A stretch of DNA of 46,643 nt, filler included, from Jimgerdemannia flammicorona (lineage: Eukaryota): the NCBI GenBank assembly GCA_003990765.1. It is 2 parts of 2 records of this genome, joined end to end, with 100 filler letters (N's around TTAATTAATTAA, not from the genome) between each part and the next. Parts side by side here need not be neighbours in the genome. Positions count along the whole stretch, not along the records: positions 23,376 to 46,643 come from RBNJ01001127.1; 1 more part is not named here. One strand, written 5' to 3'. Below, in pieces: positions 23,376 through 37,702 of this stretch (positions within the stretch are counted from its first letter, which is position 1; each line of letters starts with the position of its first letter). The notes under the pieces were generated by a model. The model saw only the letters and a program-made list of their open reading frames with translations, was not told the origin of the DNA and made no database searches. A program made the position numbers and the translations under genes.

Positions 23376-26300
23376 TCCCCCCCCCAACTCCTTCTTGATG
23401 AAAGACTACTTTATCAATCACCATCTCCACCTGCCCACCACTCTGTTCACATATCACTTCCACCAGATGGCAATGTTGCCCACCTTGGGGTCCCCATCCA
23501 ACCAACCACCCAGTCATCAGATCCACCACCAACTCCTCCCATCTCAACAACTTCTCCTATATCTCTATCTGTTGCCCCTTCTCAAAAACAAAGAGCCAAT
23601 GCCCAGCCAACCCCACCCACACTACCACAACCCATCCTACAGTAAGCCACCCATTGCTGACACCTCCCACAAGTCTAGATTCCAAATCTTCCCAGCGACC
23701 TCTCTCACCATCTGGTCTCCTTTCAACCCCTAGCCGGTTCCCTATAGCTATCCAAAAGTCCCCCAGCACCTCACATTCACCCAGCCAATGTTTCAGTGTT
23801 TGTACAAATCCCCCAGCTTGCCCAACATTATAACACTCCTCACAATCCAGCTGACCACCATCCACCAGATACCTAGTACAGAAATTCAACATGATATTCC
23901 TCTGCAACATTCACCACTACACTACCCAGAACTTGGGGGGTAGCCACCGCCACACCTCTATACTCCAAGACCAGATCCCTGCCCAGTCCCACTCTTCACC
24001 AATCCTCACCGCCTGTCAACTACTCAGCCAAAGATCCTGACAAATTCGCCACTGACACTCCACTCCATCCCCAATATCAAACTCAGCAAGTGGAACTCCC
24101 CCTAGAAGTAGACAGTCTCATCTCTACATAGCTGGGCCCCATACCACCTCCCCCTCATTGTCATGCCAGTGCAGGCCTATCTGGTGCACTCCATTGACCA
24201 CTCCCCACCAGAAGCCCTTATACCATAGCCATTGGCTTCCATTCAGACCCACCAAAGAGAGTAGATTCCCTGAGGACCCCTGGGGGGAGACTCTCAACTC
24301 CCATACCTTCTGCATCAGCAGTACCCAACCTCCACCCTGTAGCTCAACAGCCCTTCTCAAGCTTATAGGCAGTATAATTGCTTAGGGAAATCGACAAGTC
24401 CCAGGCCTCCCCTAAGCACTGGCTCAACAAGGGTTTCCCAACTGATCTGGGCCCTTTTACCTGTCCAAATTCAATCCCTAGCCAGTTTCATCAGCCTCTT
24501 CACCACTGAAGCTGGAAAGTCTAAGTGATATGCCACATACCACAGCTTGGAGAACCAGTCTACATTCAGAATCACCACCCACCCCACCAGGGAGATGTAA
24601 CAACCCCCCCAACCTTTTAGAGCCTCCCCCCAAATGTCCACCCTCCTCTCCCACCACACCTGTGGCAGGACTGATCCATATATAGAGAGGAAGATACCGA
24701 GATGCCGCACCACCTCTCCTGTGTAGACAATTGTTCCAATGATATCCCCTCCCACCAGCCCATTCCCCAACACCATTGTCTCATACTTATGCCAGTTGAG
24801 CCTTGCTCCAGAGTGTGCCTCATACCACTCCACTGCTCCCCGAAGAGCCTCTACATCTGCTACTGATCCAAGTCCAACTACCATATCATCTGCAAAGGCC
24901 CCCACCTTCCACTCCACACCATACACAGAGAGCCCAGCCACCCTCCTATGGATCCTATCCATCAAAGGTTCCAAGAAGAGTGCATAAAGGATAGGGAACA
25001 GCAGGTCCCCTTGAGTGACTCCCCTCTTCAAGGGGAAAGCCAAACCCCTGTGACCATTACACAACAGCACTGCTCTACTCCCTTCCAACAAACTTAACAT
25101 AGAGGGCTGAAACTGTGGCAGAACACCAATTCTGTCCAGCACCTTGCCCAGCCAAACCCACCAAACATGGTTGTAGGCCTTCTCCTGGTCCAAAAAAACC
25201 AGTCTACCATCCAGTCCGCAGGCCCAGACTCCTTCAATAATGCCATGCACTCAGGCCATTCCATCTCTGATAAGTCTACCACCTACAAAGCCCCGCTACT
25301 CCTCCCCCAGCACCTGTTGAGCAACCTTCTGTAGCCTTGCAACAATCACCTTAGTCACCAACTTCCAATCCATATCCAGAAGCATGATTGATCTCCAATT
25401 CTTCCAATCCTCATACCTGCCCTTGTCTTTGTACAATAGTGCCACTGGCCCTAAGTCCTGCTCTCCAACCCACATGCCATTTAGAATAACATAGTCGCAG
25501 AGGGCAGCCATCTCTTCCAGCATTCCAGGGACTTTTGCCATCTTCTTCCAGAAGTCCCATGGTAACCCATCCTCCCCAGGTGCTGTCCCAAGCTTAGTCA
25601 CTGTCAGGACACCTTGAATCTCCTCCTGCCAGACTGGTAGGATCAGATCATCCAGTCTCTCTACCTGCAGTGGCTCCCACTCCTCCAGTGCATCACCAAT
25701 CACCTCTGCATCAGTACCCCCTTCTTCCTCACTCTACAGACCCCGCCAATTCTCCTTCAATACTCCCAGGATCTGCTGTGTACTATGCACCAACTCTCCC
25801 TCAGCATCAAAGACCCCATCCTACCGATGTCTCACCTGCCTGGCTTTGAGGAGCCTAGACAAGTACCTAGTAGGCCACTCCCCCTCCTCAAGCCCCTGCC
25901 ACCTTAGCCTGGCAGCCATTCCTTACATATGGGTCTCCTCCTCCTCTCTCAACATCTGTTGCAGTTCCACCACTTCCAATTTTGCCCTCTATAACCTCCA
26001 ATCCTCCACCTCATCAGATGTAAGCAAATCTGCCCACTCCAACTGCAATCCCCTCAGCCTATTTAAAGCACACTATACTTGCCTCCTCCTCTGTCTCCCG
26101 GCCTCTCTACCAGCTCTACCCCAATAGACCCTCGCAGCCTCCTTCAACCTCATCCAATGGATACCCACAGACAAACCCTCCCGCCTCTAGAGCATAACCT
26201 TTTCCTGGATGTCCTCCACCAATGAGTCCCACAACCCCTTCTCAGCCAGCAGGGAGGAGTTAAGGTGCCAATGTCCAGATCCATCTCCACTCCCCCCAAA

Positions 26301-29064
26301 CTGCCCCTGCCCAAGCAGTCCCCAGTGATCTGACCATGGGCACCACACCACCTCCAAAGTCTTCCAGACATCAGTACCCCAACATTCGGCTATCAAAATC
26401 CAGTCAATCCTCATCCCTAAGCTATTCACCCAGTGTGTGTAGACCCTGGAGTTGGCCCACCATGTTCTGCCCATATCCCCTAAGGAGCTAAGGCTTTCCA
26501 CCTCCTCACACACATCTAGACCACCACTCCTCCCACCAGCATTCCTCCCTCCATCAGTTCTATCCAGCTGCAAATCTCAAACCATGTTAAAATCACCACC
26601 AAGAACATCGACCCCTTCCTCTAAGAGAATGCCCTCCTCCAGTAGCTCCTTAATCCATGCAATCCTCTCTCCTCTAGCTGCTGGACAGTAACAAGAGCCC
26701 ACCCTCACCAGTTCCCACCCTGGCCAGTGCCATTCACCCCAGACCAAATGATCTCCCCAGCTCTTGATTCCCTCCAAATCTCCTCTACCCTTCTTTACCA
26801 GAATCACTACCTTTCTAAACTAAGCAGTAGCCCCACCCCATTCCTTAGTCCACTCTACCCGATCATCCTCATCCTCACACCATACATCCTGCAGTAAAAA
26901 GAGATCAGCCTCCAATCTCTTTAGCTATTTAAAAATGTTCTTATGCCACACAGATCTCCGAAGGCCATTCACATTGAGAGAGAAAATGCTAGTTATACTG
27001 TTCATAAGGAATATTGTTAAAGATCAAACTTCTCCTCTACAAATCTATACTCAAGTCCTTCTGTGCCAAATCCAAGATGTATTCCACAGCCAGTTTCTTC
27101 TTCTCAGCTTCCTGTGCCTCCAACCCCCCCAGGAGTTCAACTGTAGCCCCATCCTCTTTCTCCTCAAAGTCCTCCTGATACTCCACACATGCCTCCTGCC
27201 AGAACTGCAAACCATGTCATTCTGCCCAACAGTAGGCAGCCCACTCACCAGCAATAACCACCAGCTCTGCCTTCCTCACCTCATCCACCTCATATCCTTC
27301 TTCTACTAGTAAGATTGCAAGAATCTCCACCTTCAGCACCTCCATCACTCCATCACCTCGCAGAATCCATGCCCAGTGCTCCTCCAGCATGACCCCTAGA
27401 TCCACTTCTCCCAACACTTCAGCCACAAGGTTATTCATCACTTTGCTCATTCACAGCAGATTCCCAATCTCCTTCCCTCCAGGGGTCCCCGGCTGCCCTG
27501 CATCCAGCATCATAGTATCAGCACCTACACTGGCATCCTCATTCCACTCCTCCTCTGGAACTTCCACCAGCTTGTCCTCACTAACCGCCACCACCTGGCC
27601 CCCTTTTGCCACATCTGGGACCCCAAAGGTAACTTGCTGGGCCCCCTGCATTGGTATATCCTCTGCTGCCCCTCTCTGCCCCACCGGGCCCCTCCTGACA
27701 AGTGGGGGGGGGGTGCTATCCAATTCCTCCTCCCAAACTTCAAAAGTACCATCTGTATAGGGATCCTGGCCCAGCACCTTCACAGCCTATTCTTCTGTCA
27801 CCACTGCCTCCTTCCCTCCTTCGCTAGCCCATATACTGGCTTTGATGCCTCCAGACTCCTCAGCCCCATCTACCTTCCTCTTCTCCCCTCCTGTCATACT
27901 TACCAAGAGCTCTCTCTGCCTCAAGCACCCCTGGGCCCACTCCCACTGTCTCTTGTCAGTGCAGATACACTTCCCCTCTACAATCTCCAGGTGCATCGAC
28001 TCCTCATAGAGTTTCCAGACTTTTGCCCTCCTCTCTACAGCATCACCCAAATCCTCCAGTGCCTCCAACAAGTTCTCCTCCTCCTCTTCACTCCCTTTCA
28101 CCCTCGATACCCTACAGACAAAGGCCCTCCACATCAACACCAAGGACCATTCACTCATCTTCCCAGTGGCCTCCTTCTCCGCCAGCCAAATCCTGACATT
28201 GACATTGTCTGTCCTGATCATTGTCCCCTCCCACACCTGAAAGCTGATATCCACTACATCCCCATACTCTGCCATCACCTCCTCCACTCTCCTCCTAGTC
28301 TCCTCCTTAGTTACCATATCAGCACCCCCCTCACCAGAAGCTGCACTACCCTGGGGTCCCACCTCAAGCACCTCACCAAGGGGACCACCACCTCTCCAAC
28401 CACCACTCCAGTCTTCAGGGCCTCATCCAGTAGGCCTGCCTCCTCAAAGCCCACCTCAACCCCCTCCAGGCCCTTCAAGAATTTCACCGAGGCTGCCCCA
28501 GCCACCTGCTTCGAGATAAGTCCCAGGACCATCCTCGCCATCACTGCCAAGCCCTAGAAGCACAAGGTAGCCACGAACTCCAAAATCGACTTCTTGAGCA
28601 ATGGGCCACCACCAGTCTCATTACACCATCTGCCAGGTCTCCTTTCTGCATTGGGAACCCCTGCCCCCCCTGACCATCAGCTGTCACATCTCTTTTTTTT
28701 TCCTGATTCACCATCATGCCACTATCAGCAGTCCCGCCACTACTCCCAGCAGTCCCTCCACTTCTCCCACCTCCCACCAGTGAAGGCCCAGCTCTCCCAG
28801 CATCCCCAGCTTTCTGCTTCTCCTTCCTTCCTGCCTGATCACTGCGGGCTCCCATCAGCCAACCCCCAGTCCTCAGCATATCTGCAAAGCTCCTCCCCTG
28901 CCACCCTCCAGCCCCCCCACTGGCACTGCCTCCACTACCCAAGCTGCCCAGTCCACTCGAGCCACCGAAAGACCCCATCCCCAGCCCATGCCCCTCTCAA
29001 TATGCTGCCAGTCAAAAGCCCCAGGTCCACCCAACCTAGTACGCACATCAGCTTGCTTGCTGCT
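23376..29064 (-). mobile_element. Near full-length degenerate L1/Tx1-like LINE (ORF1 about 28978-27050; ORF2 from 27005: APE, RT, C-terminal Zn finger)
   Basis: APE motifs FSLNVNG, LGGDFN, RIDWILI and WSDH. RT motifs APGEDG, NWRSIMLL, LDQEKAY, RGVTQGD and FADD. C-terminal CEEC...HWLGEC. Broken by stops and frameshifts. Confidence 0.92.
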
Positions 29065-29147
29065 TGATATCTTCTTAATATCTTTCTCCAATAAACAATT
29101 TGAAAGAGTGTTGTAAAACATGTGTAACGTGAAATATAGCAGAGAGA

Positions 29148-30040
29148 GATGCTGCCCTTCACTTCCTTCTCTGCTAGCCAAATCTGTATGTCAATATCTC
29201 CAGCTCTGAGCAAGGTCTCTTCCCAGACCCTGAATCTGATATCCACTATCTCACTATACTCCACTATGATCTCCTCGACTCTCCTTCTCATCTCCACCAC
29301 CATCACTATAGATACTCTTTTTACCAGCAGTTGTACTACTCTGAGATCTCACCTCAGATAATATATCATAGAGACACACACCTCCCCAACAGTCAAATCA
29401 ATCTTCAGCACCTCCTCCAAAGGCTCAGCCTCCTCAAAGCTCACCTCTACTTCCTCTAATCCCTTCAGAAACTTTAGTGATGCTGCTCCAGCCACCTGCT
29501 TAGTGATAGGCCCCAGTACCATTTTCACTATCACTGCTAGGCCTTGGAAGTACAGTGTAACTGCAAATACCAAGATCATCTTTTTGAGTAATGGGGCCAC
29601 CACTAGGCCTGTCACACTATCTGCCAAATCCCCCTGCCCTCTAAGCCCCTGCCACTCAGCTGTACTATCAGTAGTCACATCTGGATTTTTTTCCAGATTG
29701 ACAGTCCTGTTACCATTAGCCATCAGGCTCACCCCAGCCACTACTCCTCCAGGTCTACTGATCTCACTGCCAAGGGCTACTCCTCTATGAACTATTGCCT
29801 TCTCCATCTCCTTGCCTTTCCTCAGCCATCCCTCCAGCCCAGATGCCTACCATCTCCCCTTCACCATCTCCACAAAGCTTGCCCTTCCAGACCCCTGTCC
29901 TCTACCACTGCCTCTCTCCTACTGCATCCTCCTGCCAGCAGCCCCCTCATACCCCCCCTCCCAGGCCAGGACCTCTTCCCACCTGCTGCCAGTTGAATGT
30001 GCTAGAGCCACCCTGCCCAGTATACATCTGAGATTGCCTG
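29148..30040 (-). mobile_element. 5' fragment (UTR + start of ORF1) of another copy of the same LINE family
   Basis: LGPITKQVAGAASLKFLKGLEEVEV and MRRRVEEIIVEYSEIVDIRFRVWEET match ORF1 of the neighbouring copy. Boundaries approximate. Confidence 0.8.
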
Positions 30041-31832
30041 TCAGTTACTATGTTGTTAGTCTCTTTTCTCCAAAAATGATGTTGTAAGTGCTTTCTAAAG
30101 ATTGTATAACCTGAATAGTACCAGAGAAAGATACTGCAAATACTCTAAGTTAGATATACCATAAAAGACATCTATGATATAATCTAGTTCAATAATGACA
30201 AAGCAGAAGACAAAGATCTCTCTGATACCAACATAACCTCTAGCTAAATATTTCTACCAACTCTAATCATACTGCTAATCTTGCTAATGAACTTACAATA
30301 GTTTAGAACTATATACAAGTCTTATTGAGATAATTACCACTAGTACAAATACTAATCTACATTTATACCTAACTACTTCAACTATAATGAAGAGACTAGA
30401 GAATACAAGCTGTCCTTCAGACAACTCTTGAAATGAAACTAACAACTCCACCTCCTGAGTATAAATGACATAAAGAATAGCTACTAGCTTTCTATAACTC
30501 TGCAATACATAGAGCCATAACCTACTAAAGGTATACTAAGAGCAAATCCAATAAAAGTAAAGATAATACACCCCTTCTCTATATACTAATACTATATCTA
30601 GCATATGAGACAGATGATACCATTCTGTAAGATAGTAATATATTACTATATAAATAAATAGAGAGATATAATCCAAGAAATACTCTTTCTAGATAACTAC
30701 TTCATCAGAGATGATATTATTGATAGTGACTCATTGAGAGTATACAAACAGTATCTAACCTATAAATAGATTAGCAGTCATAGTATAGTTAGATTAGTCT
30801 TATATAATATAACTATCTACTAAATTGGCAATCAGTTAATCTCTTGATATGACAGTTCATACTTATACTATATATTTGTATTCTGACTCATCAAAGTACT
30901 AAAGTATTATACCCATGTTTAGTATAGTCCAGAGAGCCCCCCATTAGTATAAATATCCCCTCTCTCAAACCTCAGAAACTCAGACTTAAATAGATACAAA
31001 TAACCAAGAATACTTTTCCACACAATATCCCTTTATACACTACTCCTAGTACTAGCTATTAGTAATAGCATAAATAGTAAATAAACTTATTTAATGAAAT
31101 TCCCAAACTACTCTTAAGTAAATCTATACTTTATTAGATCTTATTCTTAACCAGATTCTTAAATTTTCTAATTGGGTATTATCTATAGTGATATGTTAAT
31201 TCAACTAAGCAGGTCTTAGTTTCTTAAACTTTCTGAAATATAGAAAATCCTAAACATTCAGAATAAGTCTGAAAAAGAACTTTGGGTTGAGACATCAACC
31301 TAATCTTAAAATCAATAAGCATAGAGAATATACTCTATATGAAATTTAAGAAAAGAGTCTTCCAGAACTAAGTAATGGGACTCTAACAAAGTATTCTCTT
31401 ATAACTTAATAGTAGTGGTTTATTATCCAATTCTGCTTCAAGAAGCCTTCTCACTCAGCTATAACTCTTTATAAAAATTCCTATAAGTTGGTATAAAACT
31501 CAAGCCACTGAACTGGAATTTATTCTGAATCATCTGACAACTTGGAGCAAATTAAACCTGATGTACAAAGACAATTAGACCTCTATGTCTGCAACAAGTA
31601 GTACAAGTTTTATACATATAAAGAAGTACTCTAATTAAATTAACAGATTAGAGAAACTCTATTCAAGAAAATCCTTACTCTATACTCTCTAAGTTAAGAT
31701 AAGAAGGTTTTATAGAAGCCTTCTTCACTCTTCTCAATAAGAGTTTTATAAGCTCTATAAACCCAAGTAATCTAGGACAACCAGCAGCTATCTTTCTAGC
31801 CTTAGTTCCTCATGAAGTATAAGTCTCTGTAG

Positions 31833-32954
31833 TATGATAAACCAAAAAACATATTATCTAAATTATACCTTAGCCAGATGACATAGCATAGTAACTGGAC
31901 ACAGCAACCATTACTGCAGAAAACTGTATAAATAGTCAGACTACCAGATAAGGTATATCTATGCAAGACCTGCACACCTGTATAAGACCTGCCTACCTGT
32001 ACAAGATCTACACATCTGTGTAAGATCTGCACACCTATGCAAGACCTGCATACTTGCCATAGATAGCAATCTATAATTAGCAACATAGTAACCAGGTAGC
32101 AACTACAACTATATAAAATACCCTAGAGATAAGAGTGAATAAACCTCAGTCTGAAATTGAATCTAAAGCAAAAGACCAGTCTGCCTACTATACTTCAAGG
32201 AATATGTCTGCCAAAAGCCACTTAATCCTAAAGAAATTGGATTGCAAAACTTAGGAGAAAGCCCACTCTAAAGTCACTACTAGGAGATTGTGAGTTTTGC
32301 CATTTCCACTCTGGTCTGCTTTCTGATACAAAGAAGAGTCCGAAATTGAATCCAAAGCAAAAGACAAGTCTGCCTACTATACTTCAAGAGATATGCCTGC
32401 CAAAAGCCACTTAATTCTAAAGGAATGAGATTGCAACATTTAGGAGAAACATCTGCTCTAAAGCCACTACTAGAAGATTGTAAGCTTTGCCATTTCCACT
32501 CTGGTCCACTTTCTGATACAAAGAAGAGTCTGAAATACAAATACCAAAGAAGCCTCTAAAGATTGAGCATTGGTCTCCTTCCCACTCTGGTCCACTTTCC
32601 AATACAAAGCTAAAGATTTGCTGTCAAGTTCAAGAAAGAACTTCACTGCCTTTTGAAGAGAAATCAGCTGCTTAAGGAATAAGCTGTACTATTGGTTCAC
32701 TTGCCAGATAAGCCTGAAGAATTCAAGTTTACTGACAAGTTCAAGTGAAGGACTTCACCACCATTTCCAAGTTATCTGTATTCCCAGAAAGCCTAAGAGA
32801 AAGCCACCTTGCTCAAGCTAGTTTCTGATATAACTTTGCAGTGATCTATTATACAAATAAAGCCAGTCTTTAAAACAACTTTGCCAAGAGACCCTTTTCT
32901 AGTTGAAGCTACCAATTCAGGAAGAATCTGTATCATCTGTCATTTTCAAGTTAT
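31833..32954 (+). repeat. 5' LTR of gypsy B (3' part deleted, fused directly to internal gag)
   Basis: Homologous to 41156-42013. Similarity stops after TTTTCAAGTTATC and gag-like ESLRAFFTRIQK follows. No PBS is visible. Confidence 0.8.
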
Positions 32955-35769
32955 CCTTAGAGAATCACTAAGAGCTTTCTTCACAAGAATACAGAAGAGA
33001 ATGCATGCTCCCAGATTCAATACCACCAATCAGGACATTATAGGTCTGATGACCTTCATGAATGGGATTCCCCCAAATATTGCTCAGCTTATCTGCATCC
33101 TAGGTATCAGAAGGTCTGAAGAGCAAGTAGATATAGCCCAAGGATTCTTTGATTTCAGACAAGAAACTATCTGGAGTGACTATGACAAGAAGAATGATAA
33201 GAAAGACATCCTGGTCAAAGCCTTAAAATGACTCCTTCAAGGACAAGAGAGATCCAAAGAAAGAAGACCAGCCAAAGAAGAAATGAAGGACAGGAGTGAA
33301 ATCCAAGACCTCAGCTCCAAGTTGGACTAACTGGTTAGACAGATTGAAAAACTTACTATATGTGAAAATTGGAGCTACCAAGACAACAGAGGATACCCAC
33401 CACAGAGAAGCCAAGGTTATCCACTAAGAGATAATAGGAGCTATCAGTAAGAAGAAAGAAGATACTCTGTTCAAGACAGAGCCCAAGTCCAATGCTTCTA
33501 CTGTGAACAATTTGGACACTATGCCACTGAATGTGACAATAAAAGAAGTGACTGAAGGGACTCAGAACCACCAAACCAAAGGAATAACACTTAGTACAAA
33601 AAGACTAAAGCCCATCCTGTTGAAGATTTGAGGAAATAAGCAATAGCAAAGACTACAGTGATCTAGACTTGTACTCTATCAAGGCTACCACCCGAAAAAC
33701 AGTCTACCCAGCAGAAAAAAGGAAGAGACTTATAGGAAGGTCATCCAGGAATATCAGCAGAAGAATCATCCAAGAAGAAGATGAGGAACATAAAGAGAAG
33801 CAGGTGGAAATACCTTTCTGAACCCACTCACCTTTTGTCCCCAAGACAAATGAGCTGCCACTAGAAGATAAAGAATTGAAATAAGAAGAATGAGAACCTA
33901 CTACCCCAAAGCTCAAGAAGAAGTATACTCCAAGAACCATGCCCAGAGATATCTACAATGAAGCCTGGCAGAAGATTCAAGAGGCCAAGATGAAAGTCCC
34001 ACTCCTGCAGTTCCTGCAACTGATATCAGCTGGAGTCCAAAACAAACTACTGAGAACCACCAGGTCCAGCACTGGCCAAGTTCCCATCCCGCAGCAAGAG
34101 CCAGCCCCTACACCAATCCAGGCTGCAGAGAGACATATCAGCACCTACTTACATGGAGACATTGGAGGACAAAAGATGAAAATCCCCATAGAGACCAGAG
34201 CAGCTATCTGTATCATTGCTAAACAATTCCTAGACATGCTCCAATAGCCCATTGATGGACCATCCAACCTCAACCCCTGGGAGAAGTACAAATCATCACC
34301 ATCTCCCTTAGATATATTCAGTTCTCTATCTCAAAAGCTGTTGTCACTGAAGCTGTTACCTATGATATGATCCTTGGCACTAACTGGATGAAGGAAATGA
34401 ACACAGTTATTGATATCAGTCAATAAGTACTCAAGTTTGATTACCAAGACAAGAAGTACAGAGTTAAGGTGACCAGCTATGAACAATCAAAGAAGAAGAA
34501 GAAAGTCACCATCTAGGAGAAATATGCCAGCAGTGAGGAATCTACCACAGAAGAGGAAGAAGAATCTGAAGACAGAAATGATCCCAGACTCAATCTCCAA
34601 ATCAATCTGGTGGATGACAGATCAGAAGATAATATATGGATCAAGAACACTGTCCCCATTACCATTGGAGCCATTGCAGGAGAAATCAAAGGATGCCCCA
34701 TCTGCTTCAAGAGATACAATTGCCCCAAATACTCCTCCAAGATCATTGGGACAAGGAATTCGCCCGGCACAGCCTGCCCAGAGTGCAGAAAGAAGAAGAA
34801 GTAATGCAGACATGTTCCAGAAATACCTGCAACTGAAGCTGCAGAAGTACAAGCAATTCAGGGCCAAGAATCATCTGAGGAAGAAGAAGTTCCTGACCAA
34901 GAAGTTCCTGAACAAGAAGTACCTGAAGAAGGAGAGGTCACTGAACTCATTCTCTGGGATGACTCTCACTGGACACCACCTGAAGACAATGACCCTTGGA
35001 ATATTAAAGAAGAACCCAGCATAATCTTCATTATTTCTAAGAGAGAAACTCACTAAGAAAGAGCTTTTCAGTTATACATCAAATAGTCTTCCACTCTCCC
35101 TGAGACTACTGCTATCAGTGCCATCTACTAGATCAGCAAGAAAGACAGAGACCCCAAAGACCAGAACCCCAAACTACAGCTGCATAGTCAACTACCTTTC
35201 AAGAAGTTACCATAAGGTTATAAGCTAATGTAGAGGATAAGGCTTCTTTACCTAAACAGAAATATACCCCTTATCTATCCTTTCCCCAACTTATAACCAA
35301 GATGAGTACCAATTCCTGAGACAATAAGAAATCAACAACCAAGTACATCATTTCAGAACAATGGGATATTGTAAGCATGAGAGACATCCAGACTGCCAAG
35401 ACTATAGACATCAGAAGATTTACCTCAGTCATGATGTTGCAATTCACACCTTGAAGAGAGGAGATAACAGAAGCCAGATTTGAATAAGCCAGAACAAGAA
35501 GCTAGGAAAAAGGTCCCTCAAGATCTACAATTTAAGAGAAGACATCCTAGCTCTTATCAGACATATAACTCACTAAGGATGGGTAGAAGATGCCACCAAC
35601 TTCATGGAAGCCCTAGACCCTACAGGAAGAAGAGAAATCAACTATCTCCAAGACCCCTCCACTGGAGCCAGATGGCCACACCTCAACCTCAGAGCTTGGA
35701 GGCTCTCTACTAGTGAAGCTTCAGCTCAAAGATAGCCCAAACTTAGTAAGGATATTGCCCAGGATGCTC

Positions 35770-36170
35770 TGCTACATTCCAAGGCCAAACCTCTGATCAA
35801 AGCCCACCCAGAAGATGTAGGATATGATCTTCACAGTCTGGAGGATGAATCCATCAAGCCTGGAAAAACATTCATGATCAGAACTGGACTAGCCATGCAG
35901 CCACCTCAAGGAACCTACATACAGTTGACCTCCAGGTCTGGACTTGCCAGACAAGGGATACCTATAGAAGGAGGAACCATTGACCCAGGATATACAGGCG
36001 AAATCAAGGTCATCCTACACAACAGCAGTACAGAATGGTACCAAATCATTAGAGGACAGAAGATTGCCCAAGCAATCTTCATAAAGGTAAAGACTCCACA
36101 ATTACAAGAAGTCTCCAAACTGACTGAAGGAACAAGACAAGCCAAAGGATTTGGAAGTTCAGATAAGAAG
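35770..36170 (+). pseudogene. dUTPase domain of gypsy B, between protease and RT
   Basis: Motifs DVGYDL, SRSGLA, GTIDPGYTGEIKV, GQKIAQAIF and RQAKGFGSS. Confidence 0.92.
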
Positions 36171-36628
36171 GAAGTATAACTCCTTCAAGTCAACTATCTC
36201 AAGAAGAATGTTCCCCAGCAAGTATACCACCAACCAGTCAGACTGCACAAGAATCTGATCCTGGAGTCTGGAGAACAAACCACCTTCAAAATCTTTACAC
36301 CACCTGACCTCAGAAATCTCTTCTTTGAACCCAATAAAGATATTCCACACCTGGACATAGACAGACACACCTTCCCTGACAAGATGAATCCAGTACACTC
36401 CTGAGCAACCAACCAAAGTTGAGAGACCATCATCTTGTCAAAAGGAACCATCATAGGACACCTGGTGCCTTTTCTCAACTGAACTCATAGAGAAGTTTAG
36501 GAACTAAACCTATCAGGAAATGGCAAAAGGTCTCAGAAGAAAGGAAGGCCCCTCTGTGATCCAGGAGACAGTGAAGCCCTCCACCAACATTGGAGAAGAA
36601 TTGATACCTCAGCAACAGCAATAACTAG

Positions 36629-37659
36629 CATAATCTCTCTGGTACAATTCGCATTACACAAACTTCAAGCAATGGTTTTACATACAACTCAGAGAAACAA
36701 ACATGGGTAACACGGGCAACATGGGTAAGATAGCAAGACAACAAGACGGGCGACATGGGCAAGATGGGCAAGACAGGCAAGACAGGCAAGACAGGCAAGA
36801 CAGGCAAGATGGGCAAGATAGCAAGATGGCAAGATGAGCGATATGGGCAAGATGGGCAGACAGCAAGACAGGAGACATGGGCAAGATGAGCAAAATGGGC
36901 AAAACAGGCAAAATGGGCAAAACAGGCAAAACAGGCAAAACAGGCAACACGGGCAACACCGGCAATACAGGTGGGCAACACGGGCAACATGGGTAACACA
37001 GGTGGGCAACACGGGCAACACAGGTAACACAGGTGGGTAACATGGGCAACATGGGCAACACAGACAACACAGGCAACATGGGCAACATGGGTGGGCAAGA
37101 TGGGCAAGAAGGACAAGATGGCAAGATGGGCGACATGGGCAAGATGGGCAGATGGCAAGACAGGTGACATGGGCAAGATGGACAAAACAGGCAAAACAGG
37201 CAAAACGAGCAACATGGGCAATATGGGCAATATGGGCGGGCAAGATGGGCAAGACAGGCAAGATGGGCAAGATGGGTAACATGGGCAATACAGGCAAGAT
37301 GGGCAATATGGGCAACATAGACAACATGGGCAGGCAAGATGGGCAAGATGGGCAAGATGGGCAAGATGGCAAGATAGCAATATGGCGGGCAAGATGGGCT
37401 AGATGGGCAAGACAGGAGGCACTAATAGGGGTAGGTCAGGTGCACTAGATGCCAAGTACTTGAGGTGGTTGGGGCTCACAACCCATACCCACTGAGTGGG
37501 GCAGGCCAGGTAGGAGGATCTAGTTACTCGGGCAGTGAGGTCGCAACTCACACCCTAAAGATACAAGGCTGGGAGTGGGTTGAGATTAGGGTAGAATGGG
37601 ACTACTGATATTGTATGAGGATATGTAGCATGTTATAGATAGTTAATAAATGATTCACA

Positions 37660-37700
<41 letters not shown>
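36629..37700 (+). mobile_element. Poly(A)-tailed retroposed insert (SINE-like or 5'-truncated LINE) with 14-15 bp TSD
   Basis: ACAGCAATAACTAG at 36615-36628 and 37701-37714. AATAAA near 37645 and about 40 A at 37661-37700. Removing the insert restores the pol frame (EELIPQQQQ*LVELLNKY). Confidence 0.9.
36700..37416. repeat. 9-bp minisatellite (GGCAAGATG / GGCAACATG / GGCAAAACA variants)
   Basis: About 700 bp of tandem 9-mers with occasional 8- and 13-nt variants. Confidence 0.95.

Positions 37701-37702
<2 letters not shown>

Noticed and set aside
27634..29067. Long Pro/Leu/His-rich plus-strand ORFs (307 and 157 aa)
   Set aside because: Antisense shadows of the purine-rich LINE ORF1.
36625..37392. 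Three long overlapping Cys/Pro/His-rich ORFs on the minus strand (227-255 aa) that look like metallothionein or keratin-associated proteins
   Set aside because: All three frames are open only because the 9-bp minisatellite lacks stops on that strand. The poly(A) marks the + strand as the transcribed one.
36700..37416. Possible CRISPR-like array
   Set aside because: Contiguous 9-bp units with no unique spacers, in a eukaryotic context with no cas genes.
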